Assembly (NCBI GenBank): GCA_028534125.1
Contig: CM052832.1
Location: 10,230,001 to 10,294,000 of the forward strand
Length of the DNA stretch: 64,000 nucleotides
Direction: 5' to 3'
Source of the DNA: Lama glama
Lineage: Eukaryota
Part shown: positions 28,001 to 38,541 of the stretch, in pieces
Layout of the letters: every line of letters begins with the position of its first letter
How positions within the stretch are numbered: position 1 is the first letter of the stretch
Notes under the pieces: model-generated
Databases searched by the model: none
What the model saw: only the letters and a program-made list of their open reading frames with translations
Told to the model about the DNA's origin: nothing
Made by a program: the position numbers and the translations under genes

Positions 28001-31000
28001 AATCTAGAATTCCATACCTAGTAGAGGTATCTTTCAAAAACGGGTGAATTTTTTCCAGACACACAAAAGCTGAACTAACACATCTCCAGCAAACCCACAT
28101 TATTAGAAATTTTAAAGAAAGTTCTTCAGACAGACAATGATAAATATTGGCAAGAGACTGGAACCTTCATACACTGCTGGTAGAAATGTAAAATAGTACA
28201 ACCACTTTGGAAGAAATATTAGCAATTTCTCTAAAAGTTAAATACGCATCTACTATATGACCCAGGCCTTTCATGTCTAGGTGTCTGCCCAAGAGAAACA
28301 TATGGATATGTCCATACAAAGACTTGTACATGGATATTCATAACAGCTTTATTTGCAAGTCAAAACCTGAGAACCCAATTGCTGATCAAAAAGTGAATAA
28401 ATAAATTNNNNNNNNNNNNNNNNNNNNNNNNNNNNNNNNNNNNNNNNNNNNNNNNNNNNNNNNNNNNNNNNNNNNNNNNNNNNNNNNNNNNNNNNNNNNN
28501 NNNNNNNNNNNNNNNNNNNNNNNNNNNNNNNNNNNNNNNNNNNNNNNNNNNNNNNNNNAAAAGTACCTACTATATGATATTACTTATATAACATTCTTTA
28601 AAAATGCAAAATAATCTCTAATGACAGAAAGGAGAGCTGTGGTTGCTTGGGGATGGGGAGGCGAAGGATGAGAGGGAGAGTTTATAAAGGGGCACAGGAA
28701 ACTTTAGTGAGTGCTGAATGTTCATTATCTTGATTGTGGTGATGGTTTCAAAATTGTATAAATATGTCTATGTACAGTATCAGATATGAATTATCTATCA
28801 ATAAAACAAAAATCAGAAGAACTAAAAAAGGATGGTAGGACAGGATAGATGCCATATAACTCAGAATATGATTCTTCACTACTGACTAGTCCTCAAAATA
28901 CAAATGAATAGCTGGAGTTTTGTGTCTAGAGCTAACCCTCCAATCCTGACTCTGCCACTGGTGAAACTTTCGCCCCTGTGTACAGCTTTTTTCCTATAGT
29001 ATTGTATTATATTTTTGATTATGTAATACAATGACATAGCTCAAAAACCAAACTACATAAAGAATATACATTAAAAAGTCTTGATTCCATCTATATACCT
29101 ATCTACACTATTTTCCCCTAATAGGTGACTTTTATTAGTTTCTTATATATCTCTCCAGTGTTTCTTTATACAAATATAAATAAGAAAAATTATTATTTTT
29201 CCTACTTGCATAAAAGGTAGCATACTAAACACAGTGCTTTGCATCTTGCTTTTTCTCATCTATGTTTTGGAGATACTGTTATATCAGAACATCTTTTTTT
29301 TTTAAAGCTGTAGAGAATCTCAGTGAATAAACATATTATTGTTTATTTAACCAGTCTACTATAGATATTGTTTTCAACCTTTTATCACAATCTGTATTGC
29401 AATAAATAATCTTATATACATGATATTTAATGCACAGTCAGGTATACCCATAGGATAAATGTTCAGAAGTGGGATTGCTGGGCTGAAGAATAAATGCATT
29501 TGTAATCTGGGTAGAGATGACTGGATCACCCTCTACAGAAGTTACACCACTGCTGACTCCCATCAACACTGTGTAAGAAGGCTTATTCCTCGCAGCCTCA
29601 CCGACAGTGTGTCCAGCATCTGAATTTTTCCATATTTGTAGGTAGGGAATGATCTCAATGTACTTTCAATTGGCATTTTTCTTATTACTAAGTTGACCGT
29701 TTTTTCACACATTACAAGAGATGACTTCTTTGTTTATGTGCTATTTATTCATTCTTTTGCTCAGTTTTCTCCTAGAATGTTAGTCTTTTCTTAACTTCTA
29801 GGTGTTCTTTCTATAGAAAAATTTACCCTTTGTCTACATGATATGAGTCGCAAATATTTTTTTTCCAAGTTGTCATTTATCTTTAAAATTTTTAATGTTT
29901 CCTGCCCACCCCCCCCCAACTTATCACTCTTAATAGCTACTACCTATCTTTAACTGCAGGTCCTGCCCTTCTCTGGTGTGGCAGATGCCAAATTTCTCCT
30001 GTATCTCCAGACTGCATTTTGCCACCAGGGTAATGATGTCACTCAGTTGATTCTGTTCCACTGTCCAGAGTGCAAGGAGCACATTCCCTGTAGACACACA
30101 AGACAGGCTGACAGAGATCAAATATTTGAATTCACTTGCCATGGCAGAACCCTCAATAATGCAAAAGGTATCATGCAAGGTGTCACACAAGGTTTCTCGC
30201 CCTATACATTATGTTAGGTTAAAATACTGCCTTAATCCTCAAAAACCATTGAGCATATAAAAACATGACTAAGTAGAAGCTGAAATGTTCCTAAGGTTTA
30301 AAGCTATTTTTGGTAATTCTTTCCCCACCAGTATCCTAACAGAAGGGGCGGGGTACTAGCTAAGAGGCCCACAAAATATATGTTTACATTCAAGTTGAAT
30401 TTTAAGATTTTAAGTGGTTTCATTAAGTTTAAATGAAAAGACAGGCCAGCTCTGTGGCACACAGCTGTAAATGATCACAAGAGTTCTCCAGATAGGAGAC
30501 TCTTGACTCCTCTCCCTCTCCTATATGTAGCTTCTGTTATTAATGACCAAGCTTCTCATAAGTTTTCTCACGAATGCTTTAAAGGCACTTATTTTTCTGT
30601 CAATCTGAACAAACTGTAAAATACATGGGAGCTTAACATGGACAAGGCTTTTCCATTAGACTGGGAGACCCTTTGAGGCAGAGACTGTCTTCCTCATCTG
30701 TGTTTCCTCAGGGCCCAGCACTTAGAAAAATAATCAAACAATGCTGAATAAACATGCCAAATTCCACCTAAAATACAGTCTTCCTCACTTCAGGGTGCTT
30801 TAAATATTCAGAAAAACTGAGAAATACCTGTAATATTTAGGATATCCCCTCCAAAACAGAGCACATCTGAAATCAAGCAAGAGGGGAAAATGAATCAAAA
30901 TCAGATATGCTGGATCATGGCAGAATCACATATGATGAAAAGAATGGCCTTCTGAGTTTCCCTTTGTATCTTTTCTGGTCAATTTGTTCATTCCAAGGTT

Positions 31001-34000
31001 CAGACTCCCTCTTCCTTTCCCCTAGCTTCTCCTCAGATATGTCTGTTCTTATACCCAACTTCTCTAAAAACAGAAGGAAAGCCCTCTTGGTATCTTCAAA
31101 GCCATCCCCCTATTTGTGCTCTGGATCCTAGTCCCCCTCACCCTCTCAATAACTTCACTCCCTTCCTTATGTTCTTTCTGTGCCATCATTCCCATTAATA
31201 TCTTTGTAAAAAAAAAAACACACAACAAAATTAACCCACCTATTCTTGACTCTGCCTTCTTCTCTAGCTATGAGCTCAATTTTTCTGTTATATTCCCAGC
31301 CAAAAGAAAAAAATTCTCAGTTTATTCCAATCTAAACTTCCATCTCTACCACTTCACTAAAATTATCAAAACCACCCAAAGCATTCATCTTGCTATATTT
31401 AGTATTTTTCTGATATCACTGTATTTGACACCTTTTATTTTCAATCCACTAGGGCAGCGCTCTCCTTCTAGAGACACTATTGCCCTTTTGGCTTCAGGAA
31501 CACCAAATAGCCTACCTGACTGACTGCTTCACAGTTGCTGTTGTAGGTTCTTTCTCCCTAATCATAATCACAATCTCCCCTTGGAGTTCTTTACAGTCCC
31601 CCCATGTGGACTCAATCAGTTCTTAACTTTAAATAAAATCTTTATGCCATCAATTCACTTTTCATCTCTAAAGATCTATTCTCTAAGCTCAATCACAGCT
31701 AACTTCGTTGCCTCACTTGACTGACTTACTAACATCTCAAACTCAATATATTAAAAATAGAACCCTTGACTTTCTTCCTCAAAGCCTAGTCTTTCCCATC
31801 TCGGTATGTGACATCACCTTCAATTCGGTTACATAAGCCAAAAAAGTTGACAATTGTTTTCCTCACCATTTCCCACGGAAATCCAATACATTAGAAAATC
31901 CTGTCTGTTGAACTGCAAAATATATTTCAAGTCAGTTCATCTCCATACAGCTCCCTTCATTACCACACCTTAAGACTAATAGTTTCAGCCTTTACTGCAC
32001 ACTGAAATTGTCTGTAAGAAAAATCCTTAGTCCTGGGCTTACCCCAAGATATTGATTTAACTGATATGGGGTGAAGTCTAGACATCAGGAGTTTTAACAG
32101 CCTCCTAAGTGGTTATCTAACGTGCTGCCAAAGTAGAGAACCACTAACCTCATCTAAATCTCTAACTTCTCTCCACAATTATTCCAATTGCCTCTTCCAG
32201 CGTCCAGTTTTACCATCTACCTTCCATCAGTTCCCTATAAAACAATCTCCATGAGGGCAGGTACCATGTCTGACTTTCCTGTGTATTTCTAGTACCCAGC
32301 AGTTCCTGGTATTATAAATACATGCATGATACATAGTTTCTATCTCCAGGAGACAGCTAAAATGAGCTTTAAAAATGTAAATCAGATCACATCACTCCCC
32401 TGCTAGAGTCTTTCAACAGTTTCCCTTCATACAAAAATAAATAATCCAAACTTCTATGTTCTATGGAGCTTGATGCTCTCCAGTCTCACCTCAAGCCACT
32501 CTTCTCCCTGCTAACTATGCTCTAACCACACTGGCCTTTTCAGTTCCTAGAACATGCCAAGCCTTCTCCACCTCAGAACCTTTTTACTTGGCATTCTTCT
32601 GCCTGAAATGCTCTACCCTTAGCTCCACACACAGCGTTCCTCACATCCGTTATGTCTCAGCTTACACAGCACCTTCTCAGAGATGTCTCCTGTGACCACC
32701 CTAATACAGAAACTCTTTCACCCTACAATTCTTTTCTTTTTTCCCACAACACCTTATTTATTTCCTTTGTAGACTACATACTCTGAAATTATCTTGTTTA
32801 CTATCTTCCTTCCTTGGAACCTACAAGAGGGCAGGTACTGTGTCTTGTTTTCCCATGTATTTCTAGTACTCAGCAACTCCGTTATAATACATACATGATA
32901 CATAATTTCTATCTCCCCCTTTCCCCTAAACTTGATGACATCCATTGAAAGACCTCAGGCAGAATCCTCAGTGGTAAGGGATTAGTCAAACAGCCACTTT
33001 ATGTGGCTTAAGGAGAGGCCACAAGGTAATTATTCTGGTGAATCTCAGAATGATGGAGTAACTATGGGACACTGTCAGTAAAGGAAGGGAATGTACATAC
33101 ATTAGTACTAAAGGGTGCAGAGCCAGTATAATTTGTTAGGTAGACCTAACTAGACTGAAAACGCCTCAAAAGTAGGTTTCTGTACCTCCTGCACCTATTA
33201 CGGTGTATGTCATAGTAGGTACTCAAAACAAGTTTACTGCACAAATAAGTTTTTCTCCTAGATTAGGCAAATATCCACAAGCTTAATACATGGCAGAAAA
33301 TAAAACACTCACTCCTACTTCACAGGATCAAAATGCAGTAACCAAATGGGAAGGTATGAATTGACACAACAATGTAAACTGACTTATACCTCAATAAAAT
33401 AAAATTAAAAAAAAATGAGGTGTGTTGTAAATTATACCTGATATACACACATGAAGCACATTGTATTTTTGTTAAAAGAGACAGCCTTAGGAATACTTCA
33501 TTTCAAAATAAAATACAAACATGCAGAGTTAAAATTAAAATTAGCATTTCCCCTCCTCTTTCTGAACACTGGGTCAATAGGATGTGAGATTGGGTAGAAT
33601 GGCAGGTATATGGAAAGATCTAGCTTGTCAGTGGCAACCTTAAGAAATAAAAGATGAGTGACACTAAAGGAATGACCTTCAGTATCCGTTTTAAGCACCT
33701 CAGGCCTGTTTCTGTTACAAACCCTCAGAAGCCCAGCACCACACTTCCTTGTTCCCGTACAAGGGTCACTCACGCTCCACGATGTCACTAATGTAATAAC
33801 TGAAGATGTGGGCCAGTTTGTCCATGTCATGTTCCGACTTGCAGCTCAGGCTGAATCTGTCCATTAATGCTGTAAACCCTGACCAACAAAGCAAAAATTA
33901 CTGTTAGCTGCAAATCCCAAACTTTTAGGCCTTAATCTCGCATTGGAACAGTGTAAAGAAAGCAGATCTCTTTAATATGAGTAATTTCACAATTCTTCTT

Positions 34001-34935
34001 CTTCATTTTTGAGTAATTTCTCTACTCTTTAATATGGTGTTACTTAGCAAGTACTCAGGGCCAGGCTGGTTGCTGCTGCCTCTAGGAGTCCAGAGGGCCA
34101 GCCTTCCCATGTTTCCAGGAGCTGCAGATGGTGAAGATTCACCCACAAGAGCCTTTTCCATCGGAATGCAGCTACTGCTTTCCCGCCACACCCTCTTAAG
34201 ACTCTCTGACCAAGAGAAAGGATTTCCCCAGATATGAAGAGCAGAAAAACCAGTAACAAGATTAAAGCTTCATGGAGAACTCATATGGTAAGCTCCTCGA
34301 GGACAGGCACCTGAATCACTCATTTTCATATTCATGACATAAACTCCCTAAGTATTTGTTAAATGAACGACCCTCCTAGTAGCTGCCAGGTCTCTTAACA
34401 CCTAGCACAATGGCGGGTACATACTTATGGACTCAAAGAATGAATTAATTGAGTGAATAAAATCACTAGACGAGGCGGAATACTTATTGGAAAACACTTG
34501 GGTTCAAAGTGTGCTGTATGGCCCCGAAAAAGTCCATTCCCTTTTCTGAGCCTCAATTTCCTCATCTCTGAAGTGAACTCCAGGGCTACGTCAGGTTAGC
34601 TTCTTGCTCTGAAAATGACCCTCGGTTTCCGGCGGAGGCGGCGGGAAATGCGGTGAAACCGCGCTTGCTTTGCTCGCTCCGGAGCCAGGCCCATAACCGC
34701 AGCGGCCCCTACGAGCTGAGGCCCAACGGTTGCCCCTCCCGCAGGTCGGGAGAGCAGCGGGCCTCCTCTCTCCCTCACCCGTCACGTGGACGCCAAGAAG
34801 GACGCCCTGGGCCGTGGCGAGCTCAGGTTCCGATCCCCGGGGCTTCCTGAAGACCAGCAGGTCAGGAAGCAGCGCCGCCAACCGGGCCTCTACGGGCCAC
34901 AGAGGCGGCGCCACCACCCGCTCGCCGGTCGCCAT
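1054..34935 (-). CDS. ADCY10P1: Adenylate cyclase type 10-like (soluble AC paralog; intact ortholog of human pseudogene ADCY10P1), 31 coding exons, ~1625 aa
   Basis: Hand-spliced exons on the minus strand: 34935-34779, 33878-33774, 30866-30828, 30087-29944, 25913-25708, 25422-25332, 25238-25150, 24549-24358, 23645-23524, 22271-22195, 22087-21898, 21413-21358, 20626-20473, 20318-20129, 18931-18845, 18212-17941, 17396-17260, 16566-16441 (GC donor), 14214-13945, 13084-12755, 10566-10503 (least certain), 9293-9074, 8725-8600, 6200-6028, 5456-5300, 3902-3698, 3608-3512, 3068-2950, 2703-2586, 2141-1943, 1419-1054. All phases are compatible. The ATG is in a perfect Kozak context (GCCGCCATGG). Peptides are collinear with human ADCY10 (e.g. 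LAALLPDLLV, FGGDIL, LLALW, FLCVFGLPG, RHEYTVIG, YEGGKGYGKS, IDEAQ, CFNMGQITLAKK, GHLDFSIKLG). It lies immediately downstream of NFYA, like human ADCY10P1. The symbol refers to the human ortholog; no official symbol for an intact copy is known to me. Confidence 0.9.
4300..4900 (+). mobile_element. LINE-2 3' fragment
   Basis: L2-type text (tgtcactcct..., cagatgtcacct...ctttccctaccacc, ...caaatatttgttga); boundaries approximate. Confidence 0.6.
7410..8500. mobile_element. Old LINE-1 3' fragments (two pieces, opposite orientations)
   Basis: L1M-type 3'UTR text (agctttactgagatatagctgacatataacattg..., gatctacactcttaacaactttcaaatatacaatac) followed by an A-rich L1ME-like segment. Confidence 0.6.
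9660..9850. mobile_element. MIR SINE
   Basis: Core ttttacagatgaagaaattgaggctcagagag...aagtgactt. Confidence 0.65.
12400..12560. mobile_element. MIR SINE
   Basis: actgagcactaaccatgtgc...actcatttagtcctcacgacaatcctatga...gaggttaagtaacgtgcccaaga. Confidence 0.65.
15010..15520. mobile_element. Possible ancient ERVL-type solo LTR
   Basis: TATA-like (ctattataaga) and AGTAAA signal in an LTR16/33-like context; recognised by eye only. Confidence 0.3.
15545..15755. mobile_element. MIR SINE
   Basis: tttaatcctcaaccaaccccatgaggtagg...ccccattt...gatgagaggactaag. Confidence 0.65.
19770..19935. mobile_element. MIR SINE
   Basis: aaactgaggctcagagaggctaagtgatttgtgccaag. Confidence 0.6.
26460..28810 (+). mobile_element. 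Degraded LINE-1 (5'UTR/ORF1 remnants and 3' end), interrupted by N-gap 28408-28558
   Basis: ORF1-like A-rich text (tatttgaagaaataatggcaga..., ccaaggcacatgataatc...), then the L1 3' region (gctggtagaaatgtaaaatagtacaaccactttgg..., ttcattatcttgattgtggtgatggtttc). Confidence 0.75.
29000..29900 (-). mobile_element. Old LINE-1 (L1ME-like) fragment
   Basis: T-rich, with gaagtgggattgctggg and tttaaccagtc motifs. Confidence 0.55.
31100..32920 (+). mobile_element. LINE-2 fragments with an inserted MER5-like hAT element (~32000-32145)
   Basis: L2 text (catctcaaactcaat, aaaatgtaaatcagatcacatcactcccctgct, cttctcagag) and MER5-type text (ggggtgaagtctagacatcagg...gagaaccact). Confidence 0.6.
33358..33416 (+). 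mobile_element. Very short young LINE-1 3' tail with poly(A)
   Basis: gaattgacacaacaatgtaaactgacttatacctcaataaaataaaattaaaaaaaaa resembles cetartiodactyl L1 3' ends. Confidence 0.5.
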
Positions 34936-35170
34936 GGCGGCGACGGGGCTGCGCGCCGAGCTACCCGAAACAGGGTTCCTCCGCGAACCAGCCAATCCTC
35001 AACGACAGCCCTGATGGGTCCCTCCCACCAGCCAATCAGTGCGGGCTAGCTTGGAGCAGCGTCAATCGAAAGCCGCGGCGGGCTCTGCGCCACCTGTTTC
35101 CCAGCGCTTTGGCCCCTCGCGCTGGCTTCCGGGGAGGGGACGAGCAGAAGGTCGGCAGGACAGCGCGTTT
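34600..35170 (-). promoter_or_regulatory. CpG-island promoter/exon 1 of the ADCY10-like gene with two CCAAT boxes
   Basis: Locally CpG-dense. CAGCCAATC occurs twice (CCAAT at 34992-34996 and 35032-35036), just upstream of the ATG at 34935. Confidence 0.75.
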
Positions 35171-36009
35171 CAAGGAATGTAAGCTGACGGTTTTAAAATC
35201 TCCGTGAAACGTGGTGAAGATACTTCTACGATGAAGCCTATCATCTGGGATAAGTATCAGTAGAGTGGTCTTTTTCCGGACAGAAACTTGGGTCATCTCA
35301 GTTTGTAAGGAAAAGTTCCATTGTTACCTGCCTAAAGCAAACTCAGGATGGCTTTTTAATTTACCGCCTTTAGATTAAGACTGTTTAACAGTGTCAGTCT
35401 TTTTCCTTAATTGTTAGCTTCTTCCATTTCTGATGTCTGCCAGGACAGGTCACTGGGTATCATGGGAGTATTACCCGGGGCTGTTTTGTCAAGTTCCCGG
35501 GCCCCTGACTTTTGTGTAATAAGGTCACGTTTGTGGTTGCCCATCTGTCGCTCAGATCTGTGAACACAAGACAGTAAGAGGACGATTATGTTGTGGATTA
35601 ACAGAAATGCATGTTTTCCTGCATAAATAAAAACAAAAATCTAAAAATTACATCTTCACTATCTTTACTTCTACAGTATCTTATAAATCAATGCTGGTAA
35701 CTAAAGGGCTAATTTTACTCATGGAATTACTTCATCGCGTTTTGATTAATACTTAAACGGTAAAACCAAATGGATGATCAATCCACAGGCGACAGGAAAC
35801 ACCTCCTCAGGAGGGTGAGAGGGCCAAAAGTGAAGGAAAAGAGATCAAGGGGATACACACAACTAAGAGGCTGGACACTCCCAAGTCTTGACACACTGTC
35901 CACAGAGCTCATGTCTGTCTATAGAGCTCAAAATATCAACACTATAAACATAGAACCCAGGGGATGCAGACTCCTTAATATTGAAGACACTTTTTAGCAT
36001 TTTTATAAA

Positions 36010-36019
36010 TTTATTTATT
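36010..36019 (-). terminator. Candidate NFYA poly(A) signals (overlapping AATAAA)
   Basis: TTTATTTATT on + reads AATAAATAAA on -, at the end of a ~2.5 kb stretch after the NFYA stop with no recognisable repeats. Confidence 0.55.
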
Positions 36020-38541
36020 TAAAAAAATAACAATTGAAATGACATCAATGATCAATCGCCTGTGCTCCCCACTACTGCTGGGGGGGAAAAGAACCTTCTA
36101 CAGAGTTGAGTCCCAAAGGAAAATCAAGACATTATTATCAGGCACCTATTAGCCAGAAAAATGCTGTTGGTCCAGTGGTACAGACACTGACATGTTCAAT
36201 GTATCAGTGCAATTAAAATATATACAATTATCCTGCAAAAAAACAAAAAAACAAAAAACCAAAAAACCACTCAAGAAGTGAAATAACTATGTATTAAACC
36301 AATTATTCACACACCCACACACTCTTTTTGCATATATGAAGTCGTCACTAGTCGCAAGGACAAATTAAAAGAACTGGTAACAAAAAAATCCAAACCTCAA
36401 CCCCACTTTGTGGGTTATTATGTGCTAAAATGACCACAATAAAAGGGCCATGAGCTACCTGAAATGCAATGACAAAATGACAACTGAAAACTTCATTTCA
36501 AATAAAACCAAACTCAAACTCATGGAAAAAAGAAATCTGCAACAATATGAGGTTGGTACTATGTACAAACATACAGACAAATAAATATGATTTTAGAACT
36601 GTTGCTAGCTTAAGTACTAGAAATTAGGTCTGAGGAATTTCTTTCTGAACTCAGCATCTTAAAGATTCCTAAACAAACCAAGGGATGTAAACTCATTGTT
36701 TTTAGTAATCTATCCTCTGAAAAACCAAATAAGGTTAACACCCAAAACTCACATAACCAGCCAGGAGTTTCTAGTGAGCCTACCAAAGGGTCAGCTCCTC
36801 CCGACATCTAGAAGTCAGGACAGATGACTAGAGTCAAGGGACTAGGGAGACACTTCACTTCCTGCTTTCTTTGCATAGCTCTGTACCTCTATTTCTACCA
36901 TTACAATGATTTCCCTTTGTGATGTCTTCTTTACAGGGTTTAATTTCTTTTCCCTCTTAATACAGCTAGAGTAAAATCAAAGAAAGAGCCAATCTCTTCT
37001 CTTGGTATTTAAATCAAACCCACATGTTCTTCGAAAGAATTAGGTTTTCCTTATTTGTTTCCAGGGAGCAGCAACTCTTCTGAATTATCTTAGTTCTCCC
37101 AGGGTACCACATCTAGAACAGAAATAGATTCCTGAGGCACAACCCATTCTGGAAGCTGTGGCCCAGTTCCTGACCCTGCAGGAATCTTTCCAGTCTGCAG
37201 TTTATCCCCAGCATGTGAAAACCTTTCTGCACAAGGCCTACAGAGAAAAGGGCACACAAACGGAAACTGGCACCAAAGAATCAGCTGCCATGGGAAGAAT
37301 GAGAATGTTCGCTCTCTGGGGCCAGCACAAAGCACAGGAGTGAAGCCAACATCAAGCTCTAGTAGATAACCCAGAATATGTCCAGGACAGCTTGACTGAA
37401 CAGTGCTTTCCAGAAATTGTCAAGGACCAAACCTCAGACTTCTTCCTTTCCATGCTTGTTAAAAAGTTACAGTATGAATGTAATGTACATTATTCTCTTC
37501 ATCTTAATGATCCATCCAGGCATCCATCCACTGGCGAATCATGTTATATGACAATACATGGGTGTATATACTACTCTCTTTGTTCCTCTAGACTGAAACA
37601 CACACCAACCCTTCCATTCCTCACATGCTGTCACAAAGCCCATGACTGAAAAGCTCTGGTTTGGCTCTGTTTAGGAGTTACTACAAATGTCCTCAGCACT
37701 TCAGCAAAGAAGCTGTTGTGTAATTTTGTTCTCTACGTATGAAAGGCAGTTTCAAGGTCCAATACCCTCTAAATTGTCTTCCAAGTAGCCACAGCAAGAA
37801 CTATGTTCCATGTGACGTGTCAACACAGACAAGCAGACCACACTTGTCAAAGCTAAGAGATCCAGCAATTTGTATTTTTAGTGCTTTAGTGCTCTTTCAT
37901 CATTCCCCCAGAGTTAGCTTTTTCTTGGCTGGAGTCCAAAACTACCAACCTATCATCTGGGTGGAAAGAGATTCTTATTATTACCACAGATTAGATGCAT
38001 GTAACTCAGAGAATTTACTGTTTCCACATCATGAGATGGAGCTTCCCTTCCTGGAAGCCATCTCTGAATACTAAGTGTCCATTAGTCAGCCTAAGATCCC
38101 CGTCAGAGGGATGGGTGCTGTTTAGAATCCATGGGAAGGAGTTGGCTGTGGCTTCCCTGATTGCAGTTTAGGTCGAGAAGGTTGTTCTCTGCTGAGATGG
38201 CTGGCTGTCATCACCAGTCAACTAAGTGCTTTGTGTGATACTGCTGGGCTGGCATGGGTCCCTTGCATCATCCCAACTCATGAAATGTCAATATCATCAA
38301 CAGTCTGAAATAGGTCCTGACTGAAAAGGGTGAGACAAAGGCTTGCAACTTCAATTTGCCAGACATCACTGCAATTATAATACTGAGCCACTTATTATAA
38401 AAACTAAGTGGTTTCTGTCCTGTAGAAAAGGGCAGAATGTGATCGTCAGTGTCCCATCGGAAGAGCTGATCCATTTCCTTGGAACAGTGGGAAGCAGTGT
38501 GAGGAACGTGACCTTGATAAGCTCCATCACATGGCCTGGGG

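Larger units (their letters stand above)
21898..34935 (-). other. Tandem class III nucleotidyl-cyclase-like domains C1+C2 (exons 1-11), catalytic residues degenerate
   Basis: GVLLGVHVTG-FTAL, FGGDILNITGNVLLALW, LKIGLSAG, SEFRTVTTVLV, IFMFEKGYMFLCVFGLPG and GPVFCGMVGAVARHEYTVIGPKVSLLARM align to sAC C1/C2. Confidence 0.85.

Noticed and set aside
1054-34935. Calling the gene ADCY10 itself
   Set aside because: Too divergent from ADCY10 for a mammalian ortholog, lacks catalytic residues, and sits at the NFYA-adjacent (ADCY10P1) position
1054-34935. Calling it a pseudogene as in human
   Set aside because: No in-frame stop or frameshift was found in any exon and all phases are compatible; only weak splice sites remain as a caveat
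34928-34941. RFX X-box-like GTCGCCATGGCGGC over the start codon
   Set aside because: The right half deviates from RGYAAC, and the sequence is explained by Kozak context plus coding
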